Source: an uncultured bacterium (GTDB lineage Bacteria > Fidelibacterota > Marinisomatia > Marinisomatales > JACNKV01). Taken from it: a stretch of 64,000 nt of DNA. A program made the translations under genes and the position numbers. The stretch is taken from the NCBI GenBank assembly GCA_964422145.1, contig CAYQZV010000004.1, positions 53,323-117,322 on the forward strand. Direction: 5' to 3'. Below, piece after piece: positions 29,253-42,070 of this stretch (the first letter of the stretch is position 1; every line of letters starts with the position of its first letter). Under the pieces are notes generated by a model, which was not told where the DNA came from, ran no database searches, and worked only from the letters and a program-made list of their open reading frames with translations.

Positions 29253-30377
29253 TTAAACATGATTTTGAGGATAAATCTTGTCTAATAATAATCTGATATT
29301 CGTTTGATTAGAGTACCGTCTTTCTAAAACACTTTTTCTTTTTTGTAATAATGTTTCAGAGAATTCTTGTTTCATACATTTCAAAACAGCCTGTTTCATT
29401 TCGTCAGCAGAATCAGCAATAACACAGCACGAATCCAAATCAGAATCAGTTACCATATTTGTATTGACTATACAGTGTCTGCCGTTATACAAAGCGTTGA
29501 TCACTTTTAATTTAATTCCCGTAGCTTGAAATGTGGGTAGAATATTGACTTGAGCATTGATCACTAAATTCTGTAATTCTTCTGGAGAAACATCTCTCAT
29601 CACAACAATATTCGGCAGTTTATCCGCAGCGGAAATCAATGCTTTTGAGGGCTTGCGACCAGCAATAATGAGTTGAATTTCTAGATCATTAAAAATCTCT
29701 TTCATTAAAAACATGGCTGCTTTTTCATTTTCACTGACAGAAAGATTCCCATGATACAATGCATAATTACCGATGCTTTTAGCTACGCTTACCATTGTGT
29801 TTCCGTGAAATATCGGTAAATGAAAAACAGAAGGATATTTCGTTGAAAGATACTGCGTGTCATTCTCTGAGATTGCCGCAATAAAGTCTGCCTTTAACAA
29901 GATGTTTTCAAACGCTTCCAGTTTTTTACTCTCGGAATTGAAGTAAAATTTTTTCCATTGATCCGACACAGCCTTTGATAATTGATCGTAATAGTGGTGT
30001 TCAATATTATGTGTGCGTACGATTTTGATCCGGTCTTTCAATCGATGATCATTCAAATAGTAACAGGAATGAAGTCCTTCAAACAGAATCGGATCATCGT
30101 TTTTCAATAAATTGTTGATCACAGATCTGTTTGATCGAGATGCAACAACAAATGGTTTCCGACATAAATATAAAAACGGATTTCTGAATCGGCGGTAGTA
30201 GTAAACATTGGCACAGATATCATTCAGTTCTTTGGGCTGATATCTTCCGTAATGAAAGCAATGCATATCAATCTCAACGCCCATTTTGTGGAGAGACTTT
30301 AGTTTAAAATAGACATCGATCGCTCCGCCGTAATCCGGAGGATAAGGGACATCAAATGAAACAACATTCAATCTCAT
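29253..30377 (-). CDS. GT-B glycosyltransferase (GT4-like)
   Basis: SFDVPYPPDYGG, VRTHNIEH, TGIKLKVINAL. Confidence 0.85.
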   Translation of the reverse strand: MRLNVVSFDVPYPPDYGGAIDVYFKLKSLHKMGVEIDMHCFHYGRYQPKELNDICANVYYYRRFRNPFLYLCRKPFVVASRSNRSVINNLLKNDDPILFEGLHSCYYLNDHRLKDRIKIVRTHNIEHHYYDQLSKAVSDQWKKFYFNSESKKLEAFENILLKADFIAAISENDTQYLSTKYPSVFHLPIFHGNTMVSVAKSIGNYALYHGNLSVSENEKAAMFLMKEIFNDLEIQLIIAGRKPSKALISAADKLPNIVVMRDVSPEELQNLVINAQVNILPTFQATGIKLKVINALYNGRHCIVNTNMVTDSDLDSCCVIADSADEMKQAVLKCMKQEFSETLLQKRKSVLERRYSNQTNIRLLLDKIYPQNHV

Positions 30378-31471
30378 GATATGCTGAGTCCGGTTAGTTT
30401 TTCATAATGTCGATAAAGTGTTTCAGCAACATTATGGAGGTTGTGATACTGCTCCACCCATGCTGCCGATCGCTTTTTCATTTCTCGTAACAATTCAGTG
30501 TTATTTACAAGTGCGGTTAATTCAGTATAAAGATTGTTTTCATTGATATTAACAAATGGATGATCGGGGATGAACTCCTCATAATCCGGAATTAATTCCG
30601 TTGCACAGCAGAGTCCCAAAGACAGCGCTTCGATTGAATTCATGCCGTAACCCCAGCCGCCCCGATTATAGATTTGATCCACTAAAATATCACTGGTTTG
30701 TTTAATGTGAATCGTTTCTTCATGCGGTGTGTTTTCAATCAGTGAAAACTCCACATGATCGTTTTCTTCGGCAATTTGTTCACAAACAGGGATGATCGTT
30801 TCACTCCCTTTATAATATCGATTTGTAGGACTGTGACATATCCTGATCGTTTCACTCACATTGGTTCGCGGTGAAAACTGACTTGTGTCGTACGGTAAGA
30901 ACAGGTACTGAATACTCGGGTGTTTTTGCAGAAGGTCGAGTTCACTCGTCAAATTCAGAATGCTTAAACGGTCAACGGCAGGGATGACTCCGCGCGATCT
31001 CATGTCCTGACCGTGGTATGTACATATGATCGGTTTCCCGGCTTTGGCTAATCTTTCAACAAATCTTCCGTCACGGTATAATCCCATTCCCCATTCGAAG
31101 TGATATACATCGTAGTTCATTAAACCATATTGTTCGATGGCCGGCTCAATTTTGAAATGCCAAATCCAGTCGCGAAATTGAAAATAGAGCTGTTCAAGAA
31201 AACTGTTTGGCTTCCATGTGGGCGGAAAACCTTCTCTTTCTTGTTGATCCCCGTGCTGACCCCGATAATGTTGATAATAGCGATGTCGCCCTTTTAAATA
31301 CCAAGACTGTGTGTTGATAAGAGGAAGATCCAAACAAATTCCCGGATCATATTGATGTTTTGATCGGTACAGCGTAATAAAATCGCAAGTGTTTCCTCTC
31401 GCCTCATGGGCTTTTTTCCATGTGCTTAGGGTGCCGACCGTATTTTCCGGAGATATATAAAGTATTTTCAT
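30374..31471 (-). CDS. GT-B glycosyltransferase
   Basis: TYHGQD, HSPTNRYYKGS, DQI..GWGYGMNSIEALSLG. Confidence 0.8.
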   Translation of the reverse strand: MKILYISPENTVGTLSTWKKAHEARGNTCDFITLYRSKHQYDPGICLDLPLINTQSWYLKGRHRYYQHYRGQHGDQQEREGFPPTWKPNSFLEQLYFQFRDWIWHFKIEPAIEQYGLMNYDVYHFEWGMGLYRDGRFVERLAKAGKPIICTYHGQDMRSRGVIPAVDRLSILNLTSELDLLQKHPSIQYLFLPYDTSQFSPRTNVSETIRICHSPTNRYYKGSETIIPVCEQIAEENDHVEFSLIENTPHEETIHIKQTSDILVDQIYNRGGWGYGMNSIEALSLGLCCATELIPDYEEFIPDHPFVNINENNLYTELTALVNNTELLREMKKRSAAWVEQYHNLHNVAETLYRHYEKLTGLSIS

Positions 31472-31642
31472 CGTTGAAATTTTTATTTAACCCACCATGA
31501 TTTAAGTATTAAACTTGCATAACCAAATTGGAGATTTTGCTTCTGTATCATTCTTGCAGCGATTATCTGAATCCATGCACAAATTGAAAACGGACTGTTT
31601 TCAATCTTCCATAATCATGAATTTAAAACATATTATCCTTTT

Positions 31643-32809
31643 ATGAATCTATTTGTTGTTCCATCGTGGTATCCAACGAAAATCCATCCGGAGGGCGGAA
31701 CCTTTTTCCGTGAACGGGCACATATTCTATCGCGTAATGGATTAAACATCACCGTTATTTCTCCGGTTTTTCATTCATTCCGGGATCTTTTCCAACGAAA
31801 CAAAATGACTGAAACATGGAAACAAGATCAGGCTCTTGCATTTGCTCAGAAAGAAAAAATTAACTTATTCCCGAAATGTGAACAACTCGCTTTTCGCTCA
31901 TACAAATCTCTAACGCTTCGACTGGTAAAGAAGGGAATAGAAAAATTCGGAAAACCCGATGGTGTGTTTATTCATTCATCCCTTTGGGCCGGAGCGGCGT
32001 TAAGTTCGTGGTTAAATCAGGAAAAAATACCATTTGCCGTATCCGAGCATTTGATGGGCTTCATGCGGAAAAACGGTCTTTCCACCTTTCAAAAAAAGAT
32101 GATAACCAGAACCTATCAACGTGCACAAGCTGTGGTTGCCACAAGCTCAACTTTAAAGACCAATATTGTATCACAGTTCCCCGAAGCTGAATCCAAAATT
32201 CGAATCATTCCAAATCCTGCTGATGTGCAATCTTTTCACGCGAGGAAAAGCTCTGGCTGCCCCTCTCCTTTTCGTTTTATTTATGTCGGTTTATTCCGCC
32301 CTGAAAAACGATTGGACCTGCTGTTGGATGCTTTTTCAAAAGTCAAAGCAACACACTCCGAATGTAAATTGACTCTTATCGGTGACGGTTCTTTACGAAA
32401 ACCCATTGAGAACCAAATTAAGACTTTAGGACTTGGTTCTTCAGTTACACTAACGGGATATTTAAAGAAACACCAAATCGCTGATCAATTACAAAACCAT
32501 GATGCTCTCGTTCTATCCAGCGATGTTGAAACGTTCGGAGTTGCGCCTATAGAAGCTATGGCCAGCGGGTTGCCCGTCATCGCGACAGAGTGCGGCGGAC
32601 CATCAGATTATATCACACCGGAAACCGGGCTGCTCGTGCCTAAAAATGATATTCAAAAGTTAGCTGATGGAATGGTTTATTTGATGAATAATTATCATCA
32701 ATACTCAACTGAAAAGATTCGATCGTTTGTTGAATCGAGGTTTGGAGATGAAGCTTATTCAGATCTTGTTCGATCTATGTTCAATGATCTGAAACAAACA
32801 ACTTTTTAA
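31643..32809 (+). CDS. GT4 glycosyltransferase
   Basis: PSWYP, EKRLD, ETFGVAPIEAMASGLPVIAT (Ex7E). Confidence 0.92.
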   Translation: MNLFVVPSWYPTKIHPEGGTFFRERAHILSRNGLNITVISPVFHSFRDLFQRNKMTETWKQDQALAFAQKEKINLFPKCEQLAFRSYKSLTLRLVKKGIEKFGKPDGVFIHSSLWAGAALSSWLNQEKIPFAVSEHLMGFMRKNGLSTFQKKMITRTYQRAQAVVATSSTLKTNIVSQFPEAESKIRIIPNPADVQSFHARKSSGCPSPFRFIYVGLFRPEKRLDLLLDAFSKVKATHSECKLTLIGDGSLRKPIENQIKTLGLGSSVTLTGYLKKHQIADQLQNHDALVLSSDVETFGVAPIEAMASGLPVIATECGGPSDYITPETGLLVPKNDIQKLADGMVYLMNNYHQYSTEKIRSFVESRFGDEAYSDLVRSMFNDLKQTTF

Positions 32810-34223
32810 ACTTCGAAATTTCCTCCGAAGTAAACATACCGCTTAAAATCGTCACCACCGGAAAGGCCGCTGTTAAAGCAAATTTCAATCCAATGGTGAG
32901 TGTATAGTTCATTGCGATGATCCCAATGACCAAGAGACTAAGGCCGATTCGAAGCAGTTTTGCCCACTCATAGTTAATCGGGTAAATCTTTCTGTTCATA
33001 ATAAAGAGAAACACCGCCATGATTCCAAAGGATGCGCAGGTTGCAAACGCTGCTCCCATCGCTCCAAATTGAGGAATGAGCAGAATGTTGAGTCCGATAT
33101 TTACTCCCGCTCCCAATGCTCGCGTCCAAGCAACTATCCCTGATTTATTTGTGAGAAACGGTCCCGGAAGTTGTAACAAATACATCGCATCAAAGTAGTA
33201 GCCCAAAGCAATCCAAAAAACAATGGATGTCGAAGACCAGAATTCTTCGCCGTAAAATGTAAAGCCGCCAAAATCAAATTGGATTAATGTATCAACCCAA
33301 ATGATCAACATCACCCAAATGAAACCCAATATCCATAACACATAGGATGTCACACGGCTGAACAGCTTTTTCTTTTCGTCCCAATCACCATCTTTTAAGA
33401 AAAACGGCTGCCATCCCATATTAAATCCCATCACGACCAATAGCATGAACATACCTAATTTATATCCCGCACTGTAAAACCCAACGGCTTCAAGATTTGT
33501 CATCCAGCTCAGCAGATAGCGATCCGCCAATTCCATCATCATTGCAAAGATACCGGACAGTAAAAACGGTAGTCCGAATCTCATCAGTTTTTGCCAAACT
33601 GGAAAGGACAGCATCTTTGCTGAAACTCTCGGAATAATGATCGGTAATGTTAACAACCAAAGAACGCCCGACGTAATCAAGTTGCTGAGGAAAACGCCTT
33701 CAATCCCCATTTTCACGGATAAGACAAAATACAGATTTAGAGACAGGGATAAACCGACATTCATCAAACTCATTGTGATAAAATAGTATGGTTTTTCTTC
33801 CGATCTTAAAATCAGCATCGGAACAGACCATAGTATGTCTAAGGCTAAAATCCCTGCGAGATACGGAATATAATCAGCATGCCCGTCACCTAAAATAACT
33901 GGAGCTAAGATCGACCGAAATGCCAAAAGGATCATAAAGAAGACACCAGACGTCACCAAATAGGATGCATAGGTGTTCGATAAATATTTTTTTCGATCTT
34001 GTTGATCCGCGGGGACATAGTGTTTCATCAGCGACGCATCCAAGCCGTAATGAAGAACCACACCCATAAACCCAAGGAAAGCGTACGCGAGAGATACAAC
34101 GCCGTATTCTTCCGCGGAAAAAACATTTGTGTAAAGAGGCAGCAATAAAAACGAGACTAAACGGGCAAGAATATGTCCGGCTCCATAAATCAGCGTGTGT
34201 TTTCCTAAAGATTTAATCAACAA
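32781..34223 (-). CDS. Wzx-type oligosaccharide flippase
   Basis: About 14 TMs; LLLPLYT..FSAEEYG, DRYLL, GFYSAGYKLG, LIPQFGAMGAA. Confidence 0.9.
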   Translation of the reverse strand: MLIKSLGKHTLIYGAGHILARLVSFLLLPLYTNVFSAEEYGVVSLAYAFLGFMGVVLHYGLDASLMKHYVPADQQDRKKYLSNTYASYLVTSGVFFMILLAFRSILAPVILGDGHADYIPYLAGILALDILWSVPMLILRSEEKPYYFITMSLMNVGLSLSLNLYFVLSVKMGIEGVFLSNLITSGVLWLLTLPIIIPRVSAKMLSFPVWQKLMRFGLPFLLSGIFAMMMELADRYLLSWMTNLEAVGFYSAGYKLGMFMLLVVMGFNMGWQPFFLKDGDWDEKKKLFSRVTSYVLWILGFIWVMLIIWVDTLIQFDFGGFTFYGEEFWSSTSIVFWIALGYYFDAMYLLQLPGPFLTNKSGIVAWTRALGAGVNIGLNILLIPQFGAMGAAFATCASFGIMAVFLFIMNRKIYPINYEWAKLLRIGLSLLVIGIIAMNYTLTIGLKFALTAAFPVVTILSGMFTSEEISKFKKLFVSDH

Positions 34224-34282
34224 GAATACACCTGATACAAGACGGGATTTGTTATATTAATCATTGTGAAGTACAAACTTGA

Positions 34283-35281
34283 TTAAAACGTTTTTCGGAA
34301 GACCTTTCTGATCATTCCGAGCGATCCGAATTCCTCTTTAAACCGAATAAGTGAAGGAGACGGTGTCAGCGGATCTTCTGCCTTTGGGTTTTGTGACACG
34401 CCGAAATCCAAATAAGAAAATCCGTTTTGTTTTGCCCATTTGATTGTTTCAATAATTTGCAGTGTTGCCGGCTGAGCACCTAAATGATCGTAATCGATCA
34501 TATTATAAAAAATGATGGCGACATTATCATTGGCAACAAAATTCAACGTCCCCCCGATGGGTTTGCCGTTTGAGTACATCATCAACAGATGAAGCCGGTT
34601 TGGGAGCAGCTGGTTCAGTTTCTCAAGCTCCTCGATTGAATGCGTCGGTTTGGACTGAAACTTCATTTTGTTTTTTAATAAAATCGGATAAAACTCATCG
34701 AACTTGTGATTCCATTCAGTTGTGATAGCGTGTTCTTGAATAATCTTCTCAAAATACGTTTTTGATCTGTGTTTCAATCTGCAAACGTGATTGACTAAAT
34801 CGTCTTCACTTTTCATCAATGGGATAACGCTCGAGATATAAATTTCATCGACTTGATATTTATTCCACAGCATCACATACTCGAAGGATTCATTCTGCTG
34901 AGTGTGGTAAATCCATGGGGGCGGAATCATAACAACTTCGTGAATGTTCTCTTCTTGGCAATAACACTTAAATTGTTCCAAGATGTCAGAGGCTAAAGCA
35001 AAAGACGGATCGTTAATGGCAAATCCGCCATAGCTTGCCCCAGGATGAGAAAACAGTACTTTCTTCCCATCCTCTTCAATAATTGATCCTGGGAAAACGG
35101 CGACGATCTTTTCCCCTTTTTTACATAAAATCGAATGATCTTCAAAAACACGATCAATATGGTACGTCAAAAAGTTTCTGAGATGAAACAAGGTACCATT
35201 GTTTGAGTTTTTTACAAAGTCATCCCAGCTTTGTTTGTCATTCTCAGTATATCGGTAAATGTTGATTTTCATTTGACTCAA
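34283..35281 (-). CDS. FemAB-like GNAT protein linked to polysaccharide modification
   Basis: NGTLFH.RNFL.YH, SHPGASYGG, YLDFGVS, LIRFKEEFG. Confidence 0.8.
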   Translation of the reverse strand: MSQMKINIYRYTENDKQSWDDFVKNSNNGTLFHLRNFLTYHIDRVFEDHSILCKKGEKIVAVFPGSIIEEDGKKVLFSHPGASYGGFAINDPSFALASDILEQFKCYCQEENIHEVVMIPPPWIYHTQQNESFEYVMLWNKYQVDEIYISSVIPLMKSEDDLVNHVCRLKHRSKTYFEKIIQEHAITTEWNHKFDEFYPILLKNKMKFQSKPTHSIEELEKLNQLLPNRLHLLMMYSNGKPIGGTLNFVANDNVAIIFYNMIDYDHLGAQPATLQIIETIKWAKQNGFSYLDFGVSQNPKAEDPLTPSPSLIRFKEEFGSLGMIRKVFRKTF

Positions 35282-35448
35282 ACATCAGTTAATTAAGTAT
35301 TATTGATTAAAGAAACTTACTTGAATACGCAGAAGTTCCCTCATCTCTTTTTTGACCGCATGCCACATCCTTGGAAATTAGGGGAGAATACATCTATTAG
35401 GAAACCTGTTTGTAACTCCGAAAAAGCATCTCTAATTTTCTACCCTAA

Positions 35449-37106
<1,658 letters not shown>

Positions 37107-37138
37107 CGCAGTTCTTCATTAAACCATTAAATTACAGG

Positions 37139-38617
37139 TTGTTCATGTCAAAAGGAATTACACCGCAAAAACACGATTACGCCGCTTGGTACACAGATAT
37201 TGTCGTTAAGGCTAAGCTGGCTGACTACAGTCCCGTTCGAGGATCTATGGTTATCCGTCCATACGGATTTGCTCTATGGGAGCATCTCAGGGATGCCCTC
37301 GATAAAATGATCAAAGATACCGGGCACGTGAATGCTTATTTCCCATTGTTTATCCCGAAATCATTTTTGTCAAAAGAAGCTCAGCACGTCGAGGGTTTTG
37401 CAAAAGAATGTGCAGTTGTTACTCACCATCGTCTTCGCACAACTGAAGATGGAAAAGGCGTGGAAGTTGACCCTGCGTCCAAACTGGAAGAAGAGCTGAT
37501 CGTTCGCCCAACGAGTGAGACCATCATTTGGTCGATGTACAAAAAATGGATCAACTCATACAGGGATCTTCCTTTGCTGGTTAACCAATGGGCAAACGTC
37601 GTCCGATGGGAAATGCGAACTCGACTCTTTTTACGGACAACTGAGTTCCTGTGGCAAGAAGGACATACGGCTCACGCGAGTGCAGACGAAGCCCGCGAAG
37701 AAGCATTAAAAATGCTGGGAGTTTATCGTCAATTAGCCGAGGATTATTTAGCGCTGCCTGTTCTCACCGGATTAAAATCAGAGTCGGAGAAATTTGCCGG
37801 GGCAGAACAAACCTACTGCATCGAGGCTATGATGGGTGATAAACGTGCGCTTCAAGCCGGAACATCGCATGACCTCGGGCAAAATTTTGCCAAAGCTTTT
37901 GAAGTCACTTTCCAGACAAAAGATAATAAAGAAGAGTTTGTTTATGCCACAAGTTGGGGTGTCACAACCCGGTTAATTGGTGCGGTCATTATGACTCATG
38001 GTGATGACAAGGGTCTGCGCCTTCCGCCACAAATTGCTCCGACTCAAGTGATTGTCATTCCGATCACACGAACCGAAGAAGATAAAGCAATAGTAGAAAA
38101 CTATTTAGATTCGACAATGTCCGAATTAAAAAAACTCGGCGTTCGAGCTCAAATTGATTGGACAGATGCGTCTCCCGGATTCAAATTCAATGAATGGGAA
38201 ATGAAGGGTGTACCGATTCGACTGGAAGTCGGTCCGAGAGATATCAAAAACAATGAAGTCGTCGTAGCTCGTCGGGATACCGGTGAAAAGACATCCATGG
38301 GCGTCAATGAGTTAACCACACGGCTGCCGGAATTGCTAGAAGAGATCCAAACTGAACTTTTCAATCAGGCAAAAGTTTTCCGCAAAACAAACACACATAC
38401 CGTCTCCTCTTATGATGAGTTCAAAGATGTCCTTCAAAATCAAGGCGGATTCATTCGATGCGGCTGGGACGGAACCGAAGGAACCGAAACCGCCATCAAA
38501 GAAGAGACAAAAGCCACAATCCGGGTTATCCCGTTTGATGAAAAACCGGAAGGGTTAACCTGTGTCTATTCCGGGAAACCTGCGAAACACGAGGTTATTT
38601 TTGCCAAAGCTTATTAA
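37139..38617 (+). CDS. proS: Proline--tRNA ligase (archaeal/eukaryote type)
   Basis: [42 protein letters not shown]-terminal FAKAY; start is TTG 37139 or ATG 37145. Confidence 0.98.
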   Translation: MFMSKGITPQKHDYAAWYTDIVVKAKLADYSPVRGSMVIRPYGFALWEHLRDALDKMIKDTGHVNAYFPLFIPKSFLSKEAQHVEGFAKECAVVTHHRLRTTEDGKGVEVDPASKLEEELIVRPTSETIIWSMYKKWINSYRDLPLLVNQWANVVRWEMRTRLFLRTTEFLWQEGHTAHASADEAREEALKMLGVYRQLAEDYLALPVLTGLKSESEKFAGAEQTYCIEAMMGDKRALQAGTSHDLGQNFAKAFEVTFQTKDNKEEFVYATSWGVTTRLIGAVIMTHGDDKGLRLPPQIAPTQVIVIPITRTEEDKAIVENYLDSTMSELKKLGVRAQIDWTDASPGFKFNEWEMKGVPIRLEVGPRDIKNNEVVVARRDTGEKTSMGVNELTTRLPELLEEIQTELFNQAKVFRKTNTHTVSSYDEFKDVLQNQGGFIRCGWDGTEGTETAIKEETKATIRVIPFDEKPEGLTCVYSGKPAKHEVIFAKAY

Positions 38618-38629
38618 GCCAATCTAAAT

Positions 38630-39316
38630 ATGATTGTTCAATCTCCTGCGGTTGTACTAAAAAGCTTTCCATATGGGGATACCAGCCTAATTGCCCGCTG
38701 CTTGACGCGTGATTTAGGAAAAATAAGTGTAATGGTTCGGGGTGCCCGCAGGAAAAAGAATCCAATGGGTGCCTATTTTCAGCCGTTAAGTTTTATCGAT
38801 TTAATTTTTTATTACAAGCAAACCCGGGAAATTCAAACCATATCCAAAGCGTCTTTTGCTGAACCCTGGCTGAATATCCAAAACGATCTGAAATCCCTTG
38901 CCATCGGATTATCATTAATTGAACTGACTGAACGGGCCGTGACTGATCACGATCCGCATGCAGAGCTTTTTGATGAACTCGTCATGTGCATCCGGGCATT
39001 GGATCAACAATCGCGACCGGTGAACATCATCTACTGGTATTATGAAATGCAGCTGTTAACCCTGCTTGGTTTCAAACCTGATCTTGCCATGGATGAGTTC
39101 CCGGGAATGAGCCTTCCTCCGCTTCATACAACACCGAACAGTTTGAAGATTTTATCGGCACTTCAATCCTCCTCGCTTTCCGCAATCCCTGATTTTCTGG
39201 TTACATCTGAGGATAAAACAGTGGTTAACCGATATCTTTTATCTCAAATCCATTATCATTTTGAGGGAATTAAATCCTTGAAATCATTAGAAGTAATTAA
39301 GAAAATTCTCTCATGA
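38630..39316 (+). CDS. recO: DNA repair protein RecO
   Basis: VLKSFPYGDTSLI...TRDLGKI..MVRGARR, LLGFKP. Confidence 0.9.
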   Translation: MIVQSPAVVLKSFPYGDTSLIARCLTRDLGKISVMVRGARRKKNPMGAYFQPLSFIDLIFYYKQTREIQTISKASFAEPWLNIQNDLKSLAIGLSLIELTERAVTDHDPHAELFDELVMCIRALDQQSRPVNIIYWYYEMQLLTLLGFKPDLAMDEFPGMSLPPLHTTPNSLKILSALQSSSLSAIPDFLVTSEDKTVVNRYLLSQIHYHFEGIKSLKSLEVIKKILS

Positions 39317-40170
39317 CAAATCAGACCGTTAAGGGAATTCTCACTCAATCGAACAGTTCAACCTTCCTGCTGGATGAGAACGGTACCCGATATTTTGAAG
39401 GTAAAAGAATATGGGATGGGTATGTCCATCATTGGTTAGGTCAAAAGGTGTGCGGCCGAATTCTCCCGCAAAAAGATTATGAAACTGATTCTCCGATTAT
39501 CATTCTCTGGCCGGATGACCCGCCGGCTCCCGCTCCTTTTGTTGAATTCTATTATAATGAAAGTCTTGTCAAATACATCGCCTCGACGTTTGGACATAAT
39601 GCGATCAATGTCAACGGCGAGATTTTCAATTTTTCACATTTGATCAATGAAAATGAAGTGATGGCTAAGGAAGAATATTTCTATCGTCCGGCTTTGGGTG
39701 AATTTGCTCCGTCACCGAATAATGACATGTTTGAAATTCTCGAAGACGGCCGCGCCTACTTCGATAAATTCGGGCGGAATTTCATGCGGACTATCCATGT
39801 GATCCGGATTGAAGGTATTGATACTAAAAAACTATCCGCTATTTATCATGAAGAGCTTGATGCGATCCATGCCTGCGAACCCAGTAAAAAGAATCCTGAG
39901 AAATATAAGGATTTTAATTTTCTCAAACGCAGTTGCAGTACGATCATTCGAGACGGGTTAAACCGGTACGGGTTCTCGAAAATAAAGGGCATTTTTCCTT
40001 ATGATCTTTTTGTCAACATGGCTTACTCGCTACAGAATGAATCTGACGTAACCATCAGGATTTTCAAGATGCCTCAGCTGATGGTCCCGGAAGCACCTCC
40101 AAGCCGAATGACACCGTTGTTAAATCTTAAAAATCGTTTCCGTGTTCGTGCTGTTCAATACGAAAATTAA
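39313..40170 (+). CDS. Hypothetical protein with permuted papain-like (His before Cys) motifs
   Basis: FGHNAINVNGEIFNF ... FNFLKRSCSTII. Confidence 0.55.
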   Translation: MTNQTVKGILTQSNSSTFLLDENGTRYFEGKRIWDGYVHHWLGQKVCGRILPQKDYETDSPIIILWPDDPPAPAPFVEFYYNESLVKYIASTFGHNAINVNGEIFNFSHLINENEVMAKEEYFYRPALGEFAPSPNNDMFEILEDGRAYFDKFGRNFMRTIHVIRIEGIDTKKLSAIYHEELDAIHACEPSKKNPEKYKDFNFLKRSCSTIIRDGLNRYGFSKIKGIFPYDLFVNMAYSLQNESDVTIRIFKMPQLMVPEAPPSRMTPLLNLKNRFRVRAVQYEN

Positions 40171-40989
40171 ATGAGATATCAATTTCAGTCTCAGCACGGC
40201 CAAATTTCCTGGAGGCCAAAATATTTCACCGAGGCTATCAAAATTCTGATCGGTGTTAATGCTGCCCTATTCTTTTTTGATGCTTTATTGTCTTTAAATT
40301 TGTCTTCGCTGTTTGGTTTGTCTCCAAAGACGGTGATTCCGATGATCTGGCAGCCGTTTTCCTACCTGTTTATTCATGGGGGTGTTTGGCATCTGTTAAT
40401 TAATATGCTCGTTCTTTGGATGTTTGGTTCAGAGCTTGAATCCATTTGGGGGAAATCTCAGTTTATAAAATATTATCTCATCACCGGGGTTGGGTCCGGG
40501 TTGGTTTGGCTGCTGTTCAACTTATCTCATTCTAATATGATTCTCATTGGTGCAAGCGGTGCGATTTACGGAATCCTTTTGGCTTACGGAATGATGTTTC
40601 CAAACCGCACTGTGCTGCTGTATTTTGTTGTTCCGGTAAAAGTGAAGTGGTTTGTCCTTTTCATCGGGGTTCTCGCATTTTATTCATCCTTAGGTGCACA
40701 TTCAAACATCAGTCATTTAACTCATTTATCAGGGATGATTATCGGATACTTTTACCTCAGATCAAACGGGAAATGGAAACACACGACGTTCTCACTAAGA
40801 AAATTATTCTTCGGGCTGAAACATCAGTGGGATGAAAAACGACATCAAAACAATTTGGATCGTGAAGAAACATTTTCTCAACTCTTAGAAAAAATCAATG
40901 AGAACGGTTTTGAGAATCTGACCGAAAATGAAAAATCGATGTTTGATTCATTAAATCAGCATTTTTCAAAAACACAGACGAAAAACTGA
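40171..40989 (+). CDS. Rhomboid intramembrane serine protease
   Basis: WQPFSYLFIH, HLLINM, GASG, HLTHLSG. Confidence 0.93.
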   Translation: MRYQFQSQHGQISWRPKYFTEAIKILIGVNAALFFFDALLSLNLSSLFGLSPKTVIPMIWQPFSYLFIHGGVWHLLINMLVLWMFGSELESIWGKSQFIKYYLITGVGSGLVWLLFNLSHSNMILIGASGAIYGILLAYGMMFPNRTVLLYFVVPVKVKWFVLFIGVLAFYSSLGAHSNISHLTHLSGMIIGYFYLRSNGKWKHTTFSLRKLFFGLKHQWDEKRHQNNLDREETFSQLLEKINENGFENLTENEKSMFDSLNQHFSKTQTKN

Positions 40990-41080
40990 CCCTTTTTTAT
41001 CTTTTCCGTCGAATCGAAAAAGAAGTGTTTTCATCCGGCAGAATCCCTTATATTGCATTGAAACAACTACATCTGTTCCA

Positions 41081-42067
41081 ATGAAAATCTTACGATTTAT
41101 ATCTCTGATGCTCTGTTTTTCCCTTGCTGGTGAAGTGGACCACTATATGGCTTGGGATCATCTGCCCAAAGATGAATCGAAGATGTTAAATCAATTATAC
41201 AATAAAGAAATCCAGGTCGCGCTGAACACGATTAATAAAAAAAACGGCGATTGTGATTGCGAAGATGTCGCCGGTGATATTTTAAGACATTTTGGAGTGT
41301 CATTAAACTCCCCCATGGAAAAACACTTAAAAGAATCGAACGAATTTGACAAATATCCTCGGCCGGACACACCTTTAAATGAACGTTATAAACACAGTAT
41401 TTACCGCAGAGATTTACCCTTAAAAAACTTAAATAATTTTCAGGATTTAAGTTTACATCTTCAAATTGATGAAATTATCAACATCGGCGGAGTTTATATT
41501 GGTGTCGATAAACTAACACATTTTACGGCATCCGGATATTTATATTATGAAATATACCGACGTATTCTAAGTAAAACCGATTCAGAAGAAACCGCTAAAA
41601 ACACTGCGGTAGAAGCCGGCGTTTTTGGAGAGAAAAATCTTTTGGGTAAAATACCGTCCGGTGTTTTTTCCTATGCAGATTTAGAAAGCAACTATCAGGG
41701 GTTTATGTTCGCCTTGGATTTATGCCGTGACAGTCCGATCAAATTAATTCGGGCAGACAGCGGATGGAAGCTCTCAGGTGAATTTGACCTGCGAAATTAT
41801 GTGAATCCGCTTTGGGATGAATCATATAATCCATCCTACTACTATGAAAACCAAAACTTGACGTTAACGCCAAAATCATCTGCGGTGTTAGAAAATATCC
41901 CTGATTATTGTTTGATGTATCAAAGTGATAAAATCCAGAGTCTGTTTGCTTATTATGATCAAATTGCAAACCCGAGTTATTCCGACGTCTATGTGAAAAG
42001 CTTGATCAAATCCGGGGTGCTTCCAAATCCCGACCCTTTTAATATTCGAATTTTGTGTGGAGATTAG
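41081..42067 (+). CDS. Secreted hypothetical protein
   Basis: Signal peptide; IGVDKLTHF; FSYADLESNYQG. Confidence 0.75.
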   Translation: MKILRFISLMLCFSLAGEVDHYMAWDHLPKDESKMLNQLYNKEIQVALNTINKKNGDCDCEDVAGDILRHFGVSLNSPMEKHLKESNEFDKYPRPDTPLNERYKHSIYRRDLPLKNLNNFQDLSLHLQIDEIINIGGVYIGVDKLTHFTASGYLYYEIYRRILSKTDSEETAKNTAVEAGVFGEKNLLGKIPSGVFSYADLESNYQGFMFALDLCRDSPIKLIRADSGWKLSGEFDLRNYVNPLWDESYNPSYYYENQNLTLTPKSSAVLENIPDYCLMYQSDKIQSLFAYYDQIANPSYSDVYVKSLIKSGVLPNPDPFNIRILCGD

Positions 42068-42070
42068 CTT

